Origin: Lama guanicoe
Taxonomy: Eukaryota
Assembly: GCA_013239625.1 (NCBI GenBank)
Contig: MU054187.1
Coordinates: 14,542,974-14,606,973 of the forward strand
Reading direction: 5' to 3'
Length of the DNA stretch: 64,000 nt
Part shown: positions 14,158-28,014 of the stretch, in pieces
How positions within the stretch are numbered: position 1 is the first letter of the stretch
Layout of the letters: the number at the start of each line of letters is the position of its first letter
The notes under the pieces: generated by a model
Databases searched by the model: none
What the model was told of the DNA's origin: nothing
The model's input: the letters and a program-made list of their open reading frames with translations, nothing else
Translations under genes and position numbers: made by a program

Positions 14158-14340
14158 ACCCTGTGTTGCTCTGCTCTGGGTGCACATTTGAGTCATTTGA
14201 GAGCCTTAAAAAAATCCTAATGTCTGGGTCTCATCCAAGACCAATTAATTAGGAATTTCTGGGAGTGAGATTCAGGCGTAAGTATTTTTAAAGCTCCCTT
14301 TTGTGATTCCAATGAATAGCCAAGATTGAGAACCAGTACT
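14158..14340. mobile_element. MER5-like hAT-Charlie MITE
   Basis: tgcacatttgagtcatttgagagcc...tttttaaagctcc...gtgattccaatg...agccaagattgagaacca. Confidence 0.7.
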
Positions 14341-14552
14341 AGAAGTGAGTGTGTTGTGTGTATGCATGTGTATAAACATATACGCATATATACGTAAACT
14401 GCCATATAATTGGCTAATGCCCCAAGGAAATTAATGAGGTGGGGCTAGTTTTAATTTTTTTGTGCCAGAGATAATCATTTATTTCATTAAAATATATTTG
14501 ATGTCTCGCTTAAAACCACTGGTAGACATGCATGAATGAAAATGACTTTGCT

Positions 14553-14665
14553 GGGGAAGGGTATAGCTCAAGTGGTAGAGTACATGCTTAGCATGCAGGA
14601 GGTCCTGGGTTCAATCCCCAGTACTTCCATTAAAAAACCTAATTACCTCCCCCCACCACCCCCAA
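14553..14665 (+). mobile_element. tRNA-Ala-derived SINE (camelid Vic-1 type)
   Basis: A box tagctcaagtgg, B box ggttcaatccc, tail aaacctaattacctcccccc; TSD aaaatgactttgct / aaaatgactctcct. Confidence 0.9.
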
Positions 14666-14959
14666 AAAATGACTCTCCTTTCCACAATAAGGATCCAGAG
14701 CTAGCTAACTAATATTAACATTAATTATTAATTAATATTACTTAGACTGATTCTCTTTCATTCAAGAATATACTAATTATTCTAGTACTCATTCTTTTCA
14801 AAAAATGAGCTACAGGCTAAATGGTGTGGTCTATGGCCAAAGCACCCAGAGCAGTAGGCACAGGTTGGCAAAGGGATCTCTAGATCTCCCTGAAACTCAA
14901 AGGAATATGGCACTGCCTAGAAAAAAGAATGTGGACCACAACAAACCTGGTCCATTAGA

Positions 14960-15700
14960 AGAGTAATTTAATGACACAGAAGAAAGTTAAGGGAGAGAAA
15001 GCCAGGGGAATGGCCTTGAATAGGTGAGAAGAGTTGGGATCTAGTACAGAAATAGAAGGGTTGGCCTTAACAGGTAGTTCATCCATAACTCGAAAAGGGA
15101 AGGCAGAGTTGGCATTTTGGTTGGGATTTTGCTAAGGATGTTCTAACCAAGGAGGGGAAGAGAGCTGAGGGTACATACAAGACATACGAAAGTTAAGCTG
15201 GATAAGGAAACATGCGAGGACTGAGGGGAGTGAGAAACAGTACAAAAGGAGTAGAGTCAGTGGACTGGTGGCGTGGAGAGACTATTAAAGTCAGACTACT
15301 AGAGGGGATGGACTGGGTGTCACAGAGAAATGGATGTTTAGAATTGTAATTATGGAGCGTCTTGCAGTTACTGGTCAAGATAAAATCAAGAGTGTGATCA
15401 CAGGGATGAGTGGCTGAAGGGGAGGGGAAGACAAGATACTTGGAGAAGTGTAAGAAGCTGACATGTCGGCATGCTGGAACCTTCCATTTAGACAATATCA
15501 CCAAAATTTAAAGGTTAGGATGGGTATTAGAGTGAAAGTAAACCATGAGAAATGTGATGGAATCACCCAGAGGCCAGCAAATGACTACTGTGGTGTCACA
15601 TGGGTGTCACATAGTCTATTAACATGAAATTCAAAGCTGGAGGTCTACCTCAAGGATGAATACCTAGCCGGCAATGAGAAGCAGAGGACACATACCAGAG
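14960..15700 (-). mobile_element. L2 ORF2 (endonuclease region) remnant
   Basis: ORF 15193-15504 contains SATHPCDHTLDFIL, the APE-type TH..GHTLD motif seen in L2/CR1 elements. Confidence 0.7.
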
Positions 15701-16684
15701 GAGCCATAAACTATAGAAGAATAAAATATTTATTATCCTAAATAAGCTCAGTCTAGTACAACAATAATGACCGACATACACCACTGCACCACAGCACAGC
15801 CCAGCAGAGGGATCAGAGAACTTTCAGAGGCTTCAAAGATGTGAGCCCAGTGTTCAAAAATGATTACGGGCAAAGGGACCTTCAAAGCAGAGAGACATAA
15901 CAACATAGGAAAAGGCAGACAGATGTGAAAAAACACGAAACAACATAAGAAATGCAAACAGTTCAACATGATTAAGGGCTGAAACAATGAGTACGAAACA
16001 GGTATGAACTAATGGGTATGAAAGAGAGTCAGGATATAGGACCAGACAGACAGACCAAGGCCACTGCCTTTTCTCTGAACAAAAGATATTATGAAAAAAT
16101 TAAAGTGCTGCCCAGAAATCCCTCATAAAAGCTTGAAATAGGGAACAAAATTAACATTTCAGTTTCATCTTATTTTCCTTACTTTGAAGGAGATGCTAGA
16201 AAACAAATAATCCAATAACCAGTTGCTTTATAAAGACTAACCAACTTTAATAGAAACAATTGTTTCCACATTGTATACAAAAATTAATGATCATCATCAT
16301 AATCTCCAATCAAGACTAAAAAATGTGTCAAGGAAATCTGTGCACAATTGAGATCTTAAAACAGATGAACAGAGCTCATAAATGCATTAGTTATATTTTT
16401 GTAACATGTATACATATAAATATATACATGCGGCTATATAAAAATAGAAATCACACAACACTGTAAACTGACTATGTCAATAAACATATATACAAAAAAA
16501 GAAATCAATTTTCCATTTAAAAGAATAATATTATAAGTGAATACACAGATAACAATATATATGTATATGATATATACAACTTTTATAAATGATGAATCTT
16601 AGAATTAAACATCATATTGGGAAAGATATCTCACTAAGTAACTTGTCATATTTTACTGTCTCGATTTTTATGTTAGCAGTTATA

Positions 16685-17045
16685 ATTTAATTGAAAAAGC
16701 TCCATACTTGGGAGCCAAAGATTACATGTTCAAGTACTGGCACTGCCAGTCATAAATTATTAGGCAAGTCACTTAACTTTTCTGTATCTGAGTTTAATTT
16801 ACAAAATAGAAATCAAAAATTCACATCTCAAGGGAGGGTATACCTCAAGTGGTAGAGCGTGTGTTTAGCATGCGTGAGGTCCTGGGTTCAATCCCCAGTG
16901 CCTCCATTAAAATAAATAAACAAACAAACAAACAAACCTAATTCCGCCCCCCAAAAAATTTCGTATCTCATGTGGTTTCATTAAGGTTTTGTGAAATACT
17001 GTATCTGAAAGAGCTCTGAAAACCGTAATGAGACATAAAATGTTT
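16685..17045 (+). mobile_element. MIR SINE split by a Vic-1-type SINE
   Basis: taggcaagtcacttaacttttctgtatctgagttt...aaaatag MIR core; sequence continues after the SINE. Confidence 0.65.
16831..16953 (+). mobile_element. Vic-1-type SINE
   Basis: tRNA-like head, (AAAC)n tail; imperfect TSD aaaaattcacatctca / aaaatttcgtatctca. Confidence 0.9.
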
Positions 17046-17200
17046 TAGGTACAGACTTCAAAATATTTTTAATACAACATTAAGAGCCTTGAGGCTTTCT
17101 GTGACCCCCTCCCCCCAAAATAAAACACAATTAAAACCTGAGATGATAAATCTGATAGACTTTGATAAGCATGTCTCACCACCTCCCTTTGAAACCTTAC

Positions 17201-17314
17201 CTTCGAATGAGCAGGCCCTCTTTCTTTCAGAAGTTTATACTGGGGTTGGACTCTATTGAAACGGGCTAACTCATTTACCAGACACATTGGAGTTTTCTCT
17301 TTGGGGTTTGCCAT
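17201..17314 (-). CDS. STAU2: STAU2 first coding exon of the long isoform (MANPK...PAHSK); exon spans 17201-17331 incl. 17 nt UTR
   Basis: ATG at 17314 in strong context aaaATGG; acceptor tttacAG|CTTCTC at 17333-17332; donor CGAAG|GTaagg at 17200-17199; 114 coding nt, phase 0. Confidence 0.97.
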
Positions 17315-19444
17315 TTTATCTTGGAGAGAAGCTGTAAATAAAAAGGCTGTAAAGTTTTTGTGAAGAATGACTTTACAAAATGGAAGAAAAGCTAGTTTTG
17401 ACTTTTTTAGATTGAAGTTAGATTGTATATTTGGATTAAATTATTTCCATAAATTTTATATAAAAATTTCAAATCATCTAAAGTCTTTCAATACATGCAA
17501 CAGAAATATGTATCACATTTTAAACAATAAATTAAAGTAGCTTTTTTCCTAAGTACCTAAATTGCTCTCTATACACATATATGATAACAGCATGCTTGAA
17601 GATTTTAAAACAATGTAAGATTATAATAATTTTTAATTTATCCTATAACTTTCCTTTCCTCTCAAGAAATTTTAGCATAAACACATAATTCTCCTTGCTT
17701 CTTATTACTATAAAACTAAATTCTATCTACCTTTCTTATCATTTGAGCTTCCTTTTTTTCCTTTTCATTCTGAGGCAGCATATTAATTGAAAAAACTCTA
17801 TAGACTTGGAAATCAAGTCCTAATTTTAATTACTAACTCTTCCAACTATTTTTTAGTAAATTTTTGTTTTTTTAATGAAATTTTGAAAAGTAGAAAAAAT
17901 AATGTAACAAATGACCAAGTTTTTATCATAAAGAACTGAAATTAACATGTTCTGTTTAAATCTTAATAAAAAAAAAACTATTACATTCCAGTTAAGTTCC
18001 CTTTATCTCTTCCAGAGACTACCACTATGTGAATTTAAAATATATTCCTCCAAGATACTCTAAACTACATTTATATGCATGCATGCATACCCATAAAGAA
18101 ATATGTGGTTTTATAGTTTACATAAATAGTAATATAATAAACCTATTTTCACAACCTTCTTCACTCTTCACAATGTTTTTGAGATTTAACTTTATAGATA
18201 CAGTGCATTACTTTTAACTGCTATATAATTTACATCATAATATCTTATCAGTTTTTTAATCCTCTCCCCTACTGATAGTAGACATTCGGGTTTTTTCCAG
18301 CTCTTCACTCTTACAAGGTAAAACATGCTACCAAACAGCACTCAGAATGACTGCATCAAATTACTTCCCCCTGGCAGTATGAGAATGACGACTTCCTCGC
18401 AGCCTTGAAAACATGCAGTATGGTCATATGGCCAAAGTATTTTAATCTCTGACAATCTGATGTTTGACAAAATATACTGTTTATTGTCATTTGAGTTTCC
18501 TCTTCTGGGAACCACTTTTTTCCTTTGCTCTATTGATTAGCTTATGTATTATATTTATCAGCCTTTCTTTTATGGTCCGTAACTTTTCTGCTTTGTTTAA
18601 GAAATTCTTCCCTAGCCTGCAAGGTCTTAAAATTTTTCACTTAAATTTACTAAGCCTACTGTTCTCTCTCTATAAAATATGGGTAATAAATCTATCTACT
18701 TAACTAACTCAGGTTGTTATACGGTTATGATTCTTAAATGTATGTACTTTGAATTCTACTGCAATTATTATTACAGCTTCAGAATATTTTCCTAATACTA
18801 TAGTATTTTATCCTGTATTTTTCCTTCACCTCATTTACAGACCTATTTAACTGCCTGGTAGTTCTTCTCTCATTTCCTATTAATCAGTGTCAAAAAAAAT
18901 TTTTAACCCTAGCATAAACCATGCAAATGGATTACTTCCTGCTCAATTAAACTGCAGTCACAGTGTATAGAGAATATATTAAATAAATGGAAACAGCTGG
19001 TTTTAGGAACTTCATCTATAAACTATCTATGGCAAAGTTTAATGTAGAAAATAGTATTCTTTTTAATACTTTCAATTAACTTTTCAGTACTCTTTACAGG
19101 ACTAATAATTTGGTATAATAACTTGATCACAATCATTACGATTAAGAAATTATAAGAATACTACACAAATACCAAGTAAGCCACAAGTAAAAGGAAAAAG
19201 AACCTAAGCAACCAACTGTAGGACCAATACAGCTGTCAGCTGATTCTACAATTAGACCATTCTAAGTGGGTTGCAAACCAAAAAGAAACAAAAACAAACA
19301 AACAAACAAAAAACTAGTAATTGTTACTTTTTGGAACAGCACAAAAAAGATAAGAGTATTAGTCAAGAGAGGTTGAGGAAATCTGCATTTTACTTATTCC
19401 ACTGTGTATCGTTCAAATAAACATTTTATAAACTGTACTGAGCG

Positions 19445-19600
19445 GAGGGAGGGTATAGCTCAGTGGTGGAATGCATGCTTAGCATGCACAAGGTCCTGGG
19501 TTCAATACTAAGCACCTCCTTTTAAATAAACAAATACATACATACACACATACATACCTAATTTCCTCCCCTCAAAAAATAAAAAAATAATAAAAATAAA
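19445..19600 (+). mobile_element. Vic-1-type SINE
   Basis: gggagggtatagctcagtggtgg...cttagcatgc...ggttcaat plus A-rich tail. Confidence 0.88.
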
Positions 19601-20701
19601 AATACTTTTAAAAAAACTACCAGAAAGTCAGTCACTATATAAAATGCAAGGGGACTTGGGGCTATAACAAATTTTGGTCCTTGCATATCATGGCATTAAG
19701 CACTCAAGTACAATAGTTAACACAGCTACGTAAATATCAAAAAGCAAAATAAGAATGAAAATTTGTTAAAAATGAGAAAATACTGAAGTCTGCTAAAAAT
19801 CAAGTCAATTTTGCATAACACTAAAATAGCATTTATACTGCTACTATAACACAATTTTCATTCTTCAGCAATGTTACGATGCAAAATGTATTACGAGCAT
19901 AGAAAGAATAATGTGACAATTTTACAGTACAAAAAATTTAATAGCATAGGTTTTAAATATGTTAAAATGTGATAAAAACGATAAGTTTATAGCTCAGTAA
20001 ACTTGCTTGGCAAGAAAATCTGATTTACATCCTTCAAAGGAAAAATGCTAATTAATAACATGGTGTTAAACTTATTGCATTTATTTTAATGTTTTGCTTT
20101 ATAAAAATAACATGAATCCAATAATGGGATTCATGGAATCCATTGATGGACTCCAATAATTGATTTAACATGTGACTTAAGTTTTTGTGTGAAAGGTGTG
20201 CAAAATACACGTAAGATCTCACTCTGATAAAACTTTATATTATACCTAAAATTGAAACATTTAAAGTTGGTAAATTTAAAAATAATTAGTCCTAATTCAG
20301 ATTTTTTATTTTACAAAATTATTAAAATTTTATTTTCCATAGCTGTTCCTCTATTTAAATCTCATTAACATTCATTACTTGACAGAGCTCAATGATAGAG
20401 CAATGATTTAAAAATTAAACCAAAATTTTGACAGAGTATCTACAAAATTATAAAACAAATTGGTCTACAAAAATTGAGACTTATAAACTTAATTTATACA
20501 TTATTTTTTTAGAAAAGTCAACAGGGCAGAAAGTAAGAAATACATACAATGCTGCATATGTATACATTTTCAAGAGACTGAAGAATATCCTCAATGAAGC
20601 TATTTTGAAACAGGCTTCAAGGTAATTTGGTGGCTGGAATAGTAGATATCTACTTAGAGTAAATAAAAATGATAATGGATATCACAATTCTAGACTTGGC
20701 T

Positions 20702-20830
20702 ATTTTTTGGAGGGAGGAGGTAATTAGGTTTTTATCAATGTATTTATTTTTTTAATGGGAGTACTGGGGATTGAACCCAGGACCTCGTGCATGTTAGGCA
20801 TGCACTCTACCACTGAGCTCTAACCACCGC
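20702..20830 (-). mobile_element. Vic-1-type SINE
   Basis: Antisense head gtactggggattgaacccaggacctc...cactgagct; TSD agacttggct at 20692-20701 and 20833-20842. Confidence 0.9.
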
Positions 20831-23800
20831 ACAGACTTGGCTTTTGAGAGAACGCACGCCACACGGTTAAGAGCCTATTTTGATATCTCTGCCACTGACT
20901 GATATCCACGTAACCCTGAGAAAGCATTGAAATTTGACTTTCCTTGACAGTAAAACAGAAATGATAGTTGCTATTTTATTACCGAATTATGGCACTGGTT
21001 GAATAAAATGATGTAAGACACTGTTAACAATGGTGAGAATGCATTATTCTGTTTATGAACAATTTGTCAAAGCACACTCTCATCGAATATGAGTACAGTG
21101 ATACGATTTTATAAACTTTTCCATGGTTTCCTAAGCTAAAATGTTGTGAGTTAAAATGCTCTGTTAGAATAAGCTGATTTTATTCATATATTTCTTTAAT
21201 ATTCTATAAAAAGCAAGTATTTGTTATTATTTTTTCCACTGACTTATCGTAACATATTAAGTTTGTTTCCACCAAAAAATTCCCAAGTGTGACATAAACT
21301 ACATTTAAGATTTCTCATATTTGTGTAAGGGAATATTCTACCTTTGTTGATATAAAATTTGTTTACATGTTTGTCTCTGTAACTTTAATAAGTAACAATA
21401 GTAAAAATAACTATTTCTAATAACAGTATCTGCACACTCATTAAAACATAGACATACTCTATTTTTTGAGATACATTCTGTTTTTAATATCTTTATAAAA
21501 TGTCCTAGGACTCTCTGGGACTTGAATCTTCAAAGTATATGAAAATAATATAGCTCATAGTTTTCAATCGACAGGCAAAAAAATCCCTGTTCCAAAGGAG
21601 CTCACTGTCTGGTAGAAAAAACACACACATATAAGAAACAAATACACTAAACTACAATGTGTTAAGTGATATAATAAGGCTGTCAGAAGGGACTCTTCAG
21701 GTGAAGGGGCTGTTGTTGAAAGGCAGGCTTCAAGAGGTGGTGATTAGATGAGTTAAGGAAAGTAGGAATTCACCAAGTTAGCAAGGAAGGAAGAAAGATA
21801 GTCCAAGCTTTTCCAGAGCACACACACAAGAGAAAGCACATAAAACACATCACATTCTGGCAAACGCAAGTAAATCATTAGCAGAATATTGAATGCACAG
21901 TAGGAAATAGCAGGAAAAAATTATGTGACCAGAATCCACCAAAACACCAAAGGTTTCCTAAGCCAAAACTTAGAGGAGCATCATTTTGAAGGTAGTTAAA
22001 TGACAGTCAGAGCTGTTGCTAATAAATCATAGTCTACCTCACCTGTCAAGGCAAGTCTCTCCACAGAAGAATCCATTTCCATCCCTGGTCCCAGAAAATG
22101 ACTTGCACACAGTTTCTATGTCTCTTTGCTGGTTCCCCTTTCCCTATTCCCTGCTATTGGAAGGGACTCATCCTAATTCCCAAGTGAAATAGAAAGAAAG
22201 AAAACAGAGTCAAAAAAGCAAGGAATTTACCTTCCGCAGGTTCTTGCCTTCTAGGAGAGATGTGACTATCCACAGCTGTAACTAAAATAAATCTTATAAC
22301 TTCAAATTATAACATAACTTAAGGATGTCAAAGCAAAATCACCACCCATGGACCAAACTGCTCTATTATAATTACCTATTAATTAGGAAAAATTAAATTT
22401 CCTATCTCATATAGACACAACAATAAGTTCCAGAAGTATTAAAATGCAAAATATAAAAATGACAAAAGCACAAGAAAACTCGGCTAAATGTTTGTTATAA
22501 TCCAATAACATGGAAGGCTTTCCTTGATAACAAACCTAAAAGCCAAAATGGGATAAACTGATAGATTTAACAACACAAAAATGTAAACTTCTGTAGAGCA
22601 AAACACATCATAAATGACACTAAAAAAACAGTCTATAAACTGGGAAACACTTGTTACTTGTGAAGAAAAAGTGAAGATGATAAAATAAAATCCATAAAAT
22701 ATGAAGATGACATAAATCAAATTTTTTTTAAAAATCCATCTGAAAAAAGGGTGAATATATGCACAAATCAATTCACATAATTTATTGAGTAAACACATGT
22801 GTTCAACAACTTTGTGTTTATAAAATAAAATTTTGAATTCCAATGAGATATAATTTACCTCATTAGGCTGATAAAATGAAAAAATGATCATGTAATTATT
22901 GACAAGGACGTGTGGACATAAGTGCAAATTCTATTGGTACGAACATAAATTAGTACGAACTTTCTGGTGGGCAATCTGGCAATATTGATTAAAGGTTTTC
23001 AATTGCATCTATCTTTAAAACAGCAAGTGTACTTCTAGGTATCCATGTAGCAGGAAGACTCACATAAGATACCCACAATGACAACCTACAGAGCAAGACT
23101 GTAACAGCGAGAACTATACACGAGCTAAATAGCTATCCATCAGCAACTGACTGGCCACATTAAACACAATGGACCATCAGCTTTGAAACAAGAATGATGT
23201 ACGACATGGGAAAACATTATACAACACTGAATGAATAAAAAAGCTCTGACAGCTCAGTGTCTAATCTTATTTTTATTTTCTTTAAACCAAACATGCATGT
23301 ATTAAAGAAGTGAGACGGGAAGCAGGGGAGCTCACTTTCTGCTTTGAAATACTGTATTGTTTTACTTACGGATATGCATAACTTTTATATCTAAAAAATT
23401 ATTTTACAAAGCCACACCAAAAGTTGGAAATGGTTTACAGTATAAGTCTTAGACTAATTGCTATTATTCTTTCTAAAATATTTACGGGTGCAACCAAGGT
23501 TCTGACCGCAAGAAGATGCCCAAGGACCTGATTCAGAGCAAGCCATGAGTATCATGACTACAATCTCTGACTTTTCCAAATGAAAATTTAAACCTTGTTA
23601 AAACAATGTGGTCTTTTTACCAACATTTCGTACGGTCACTCGTCTTAACTTTGACCATTCTAATGCAGATGTAATGCGTCTCACTGTGGTTTCAATAAGC
23701 ATTTCCCTAATGACAAGTGTTGAACATCTTGTCATTTGTTTACATGCCATATACATATATGAAGTAGATTGTCTATCTGGATATTTTTAATTAGGTCATT

Positions 23801-24282
23801 TCTTTTTCTTATTGTTTTATTTGAAGAGTTCTCTGCATATTCTAAGCACAAGTCATTAATCAGGTATATGCTTGGCAAAAACTTTCTCCCAGTATCTGGC
23901 GTCTCTTTTCATTCTCTTACCAGTGTCTTTTAAAGAGCAGATTTTAATTTTAATAATGTCTGATTTATCCATTTTTTCATTTACAGATTGTGTTTTCGGT
24001 GTTGTATCTAAGAAATCATTACCTAGCTGAGGTCTCAAAGATTTTCTCCTATGTTTTCTTCTAGAAGCTTTACGTACCAAAGTGGTCTCTGAACCACTTT
24101 CAATTAATTTTTGTATATGGTGCAAGGTATGCACTCAATTTCATTTCTGTATATCGATATCCTATGTTCAAGTACTGTCAGTGAAAAAGGCTGTATTTTT
24201 TTCACCTGTACTACTTTTAAGGCTTTGTCAAAAATCAGTTATCTGTATATAAGTAGGTTTATTTCTGGATTACCTATTCTGT

Positions 24283-24411
24283 TAGTTTTCTGTGGGTTTT
24301 GCGGGGGGAGGTAATTTGGTTTATTTATTTTTTTAATGGAGTTACTGGGGATTGAACCCAAGACCTCATGCATGCTAAATACTCACTCTACCACTGAGCT
24401 ATACCTTCCCC
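24283..24411 (-). mobile_element. Vic-1-type SINE
   Basis: Antisense head ending ccactgagctataccttcccc; flanking tacctattctg / tacctgttctg. Confidence 0.88.
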
Positions 24412-24687
24412 TTTGAACTACCTGTTCTGCTTCACTGATCTGTCTTTTTTAATGTTAATGCTGTTTTTACTGTAGCTTTATAATAATTCTTGAAATTAAG
24501 TAGTGCTGGCTCTCCAACGTGTTCTTTTTCAAAGTTGTTTTGGCTATTTTAAGTTCCTGCAATTCCATATGAATTTATTTTAGGCAAAAATGCCTTCAAG
24601 GATTAGAGTAGAATTCCCCTGAATCTATAATTTGATGAAAACCAACATTTTAAAAAAGCTGAGGCTTCCAACCCATATACGGACATG

Positions 24688-25342
24688 TAGTCATTCCTCA
24701 TTATTGAGATGATGTTATCTTGATGTTAGCCATGCCCTATGATGCTGCCACAATCAGTGAATTATCAAACACTAAATCACTGCTTCTGGAAAATACAAGG
24801 GAAATCTTGCAAGCCTCTGGTCATAATATGTTTGTCAGTCCAACAATAAATAACCTCGTTTTACGTGTGCTTCTGGCTAAAGATCCCTTACTTAATATAT
24901 ACTGTTCAATCACAAATACCAAACTCACAGCCAAGAGAAACTCCTGTCTAAATGTAGTTCATCTAAACACACGTATCTTCTCCATAGGCATATCATAGCC
25001 CTCCTGTGCTTAGGAACACTACAAAGCACTTCAGTACTATGCTTGGGGGCCATTTAAAATAGCTAAATCACCAACAAAAAGCACAAAAAAATGCAGCAGT
25101 AAACAGACAGGGAAAAGGACACTTGTTTATAGCAGGAGAGCTAAAACAAGAAAGCAGAGTGACATCTCGTTCAGCCTCAGTTCACACTGTGTGCACAGGG
25201 CAACGCAAATTTTTCAGCACTCTGCCTGCGTCAGTGAATGACCACAACAGCGCTGCAAGTTATATTTGGGGTTACAAATAAATTTTAGCAGATAGGAGGC
25301 CAATTCACAAATACAGAATCCAGGAATAATGATGATCAAATG
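24688..25342 (-). mobile_element. MER82-like TcMar-Tigger non-autonomous element
   Basis: Inverted termini tagtcattcctcattatt ... aataatgatgatcaaatg; internal ggggttacaaataaattttagc; interrupts the L1. Confidence 0.7.
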
Positions 25343-28014
25343 GATCTCTCAACTTACTTAGGTATCCTTTAACTTCAATAGTATTTTATAGTTCTCGGTA
25401 TTCTTTAACACATTTGTTAGATTTATCTATAAGCAGTTCATATTTTTTAGACTACAGTAAATGGTATTTCTGTTCAGATTGTTCCTTGCTAGTGTATAGA
25501 AATACTGATCCTGTATCCTTCTACTATACTACACTTATTCATTAGGTCTAGTATGGAGTCTATCAGGTTTTCTACATAGAAAACCAGGTCATCTGTGAAT
25601 TAGGACAATTTTATTTCTTCTTTTGCAATGTGAATAGCATTTCATTTCCTTTTCTTGCTTGACCGCACTGGCTACAACCTCCAGGACAACGTTGAATAGG
25701 ACTGGTGAAAGCAGACATCTCTAACTTGTTTGTGACTTTAGGGGAAAAGTGTTCAATCCTTCCACCAAACAAGAACAACATCAGCAAATAAAGTACGTCA
25801 TGGACACCCATTTTCATATTGGGGAAGTTCACTTCTAGTCGTTGTTTACTGAAGCCTTTTTTTTTAAACCAGGAATGGTTACTGGACAAATGATCCCACA
25901 TCTATTGAGATGACTGTGTGCTTTTTACTGTTTAGTTTGTTAATGTGGTAAATTATATTAACTGACTTTTTGCATGTTAAACCAAACTTGCATTCCTGGA
26001 ATAAGCTCCACACGGTCAGGACATATTATTCTTTTAATATATTGTTGAATTTGACTTGCTAAAATTTTGTTTAGATTTTTTACACCTGTGTTTGTGAGCA
26101 GTATTGTTCTGCAGTTTCCTTGCAATGTCTTTGTCTGGTTCTGATATCCCAGTAATGCTGGCACCAAAGTCTTTGGAAAACATTCCCTCCACTTCAAATA
26201 TTTTTGAAAGGTTTATGCAGAATTGATATTATTTCTTGCTATAGTATTTGGTACAATTCACAGTGAAACTGCCTGGACCCAGAGTTTTCTCTGGGAAAAG
26301 ATTTTTTTAACTATAGTTTCAATTTCTTTAATACATATAGGGCTATTCAGATTATCTCTTATTTTCTTCTGCTTCCTTAGGGATTAATTTGCTCTTCTTT
26401 CTCTACATTATTAAGGTGGAAGCCAAAATAATTTGAGATCTTTCTTCCTTTTTAATACAATTAGAACTATAGAATTCCCACTAAGTATTGTTTTAGCAGC
26501 ATCTTCTATTACAGTTTCTGTTCTTACTCAGTTTAAAATACTTTATAACTTCCCTTTTGATTTCTTCTTTCAGTCATGGATTACTTATAAGCATGCTATC
26601 TAATCTCCAAATATTTGGGGATTTTTCCAACAGTCTTTCTATTAATCATTTCTAATTCCACTGTGATCTGAGAAGATTCTTTTTATGAGCTGAATCCTTC
26701 TGAATTTATTGAGACTTGTTTTATGGCCAGAATATAGTCTATCTTAGTAAATACTATGTGTGGACTTACGAACAAATGTGTATTCTGATTTTTTTAATGG
26801 TGTTTCTGTTGCTTTATTAGTCTATTTACTCAAATTTAGCATCCCTACTATATGCCAAGCACTGTACACATACTAGGGATCCAAGATAAGTAAGTCTGAT
26901 CTTCTTGAGCAGAGTATTCTGTAAATGCAGCCAGGTCAAGTTGGTTGACCATGTTATTCAAGTCAACTATATATGTAATTTTCTGCCCTTTTGTTATATC
27001 AATTATAAAGAGGGGTTACTGAAATCTGACTAAAATTGTGAATGTTTCCTTGTATTTCTATTAGTTTTTGCTTCATTTGTTTCAAAGCTTTATTATTATG
27101 TGCATAAACATTTAGCATCGGTATGTCCTCTTAATTAATTGATCCCTTTATTGTTATGAAATGATCTTCTTTATCTCCTGTAATGCTCCTTGCTCTGAAA
27201 TCTACCTTGATATTAATAAAATCACTTCAAGTTTCTTTCTGCTAAGTCAGTATGTGTTCTTCCATTCTTTCACTATTTATGTTTCTAGTTAGTGTTTCTT
27301 ACAGGCAAGTATATGGTTGGATCTTGCTTTTTTATCCAATCTGAGCCTTTAAGTTGGGGTGTTCAGACTATTTACTTTTTAAAAAGCATAAAACGTATCT
27401 CAAATTTACATGTACCTTCATACATCTTCTCTGTATTATCCAATTTTAGTAAATGTGCTACTGAAGAAACACCAGACTATTTACATTTAATGTGATTATA
27501 CATATCTTTAGGTTTGAGTCTATCATCTTGCAATTTGTTTTATGTTTTTCCCATCTGGTCTTTGTTCCCTTCTTCATCTTTTCATGGCTTCTGTTGAATT
27601 AATTATTTTGTATATTCAATTCTATCTAATCTTTTTAGCTTATTAGTTATAACTGTTTGCTATTTTACTCACTGCTTTAAAGTTTATAATATATATCTTT
27701 ATCTTATCACAGTCTACCTTTATATTATACCACCTAACATAGAGCATTAAAATCTTTAATATCCTTCCATTTTTCCTTCAACCTTCAAGCTATTATGCAG
27801 TGTACTTTTATATATGTTATAAACCATACAATCTCTTAACATTTTTGCTTTAAATGGTCAATTATCTTGTAAAAAGATTAAACTAATAAAAAGAATCTTA
27901 CACATTTACCCAAGTAATTACCATTTCTGCTTTTCCCTTTCTTCATCTTTTTCATTTTCCTGCTGCTTGAAGGACATACTTTAAAATTTTTCTTGTAGGG
28001 GAGGAATGCTGAGC

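Noticed and set aside
14553..14630. tRNA-Ala(AGC) genes (this and nine similar loci)
   Set aside because: They have A-rich tails, TSDs, divergent stems and a shared non-tRNA tail, so they are SINEs.
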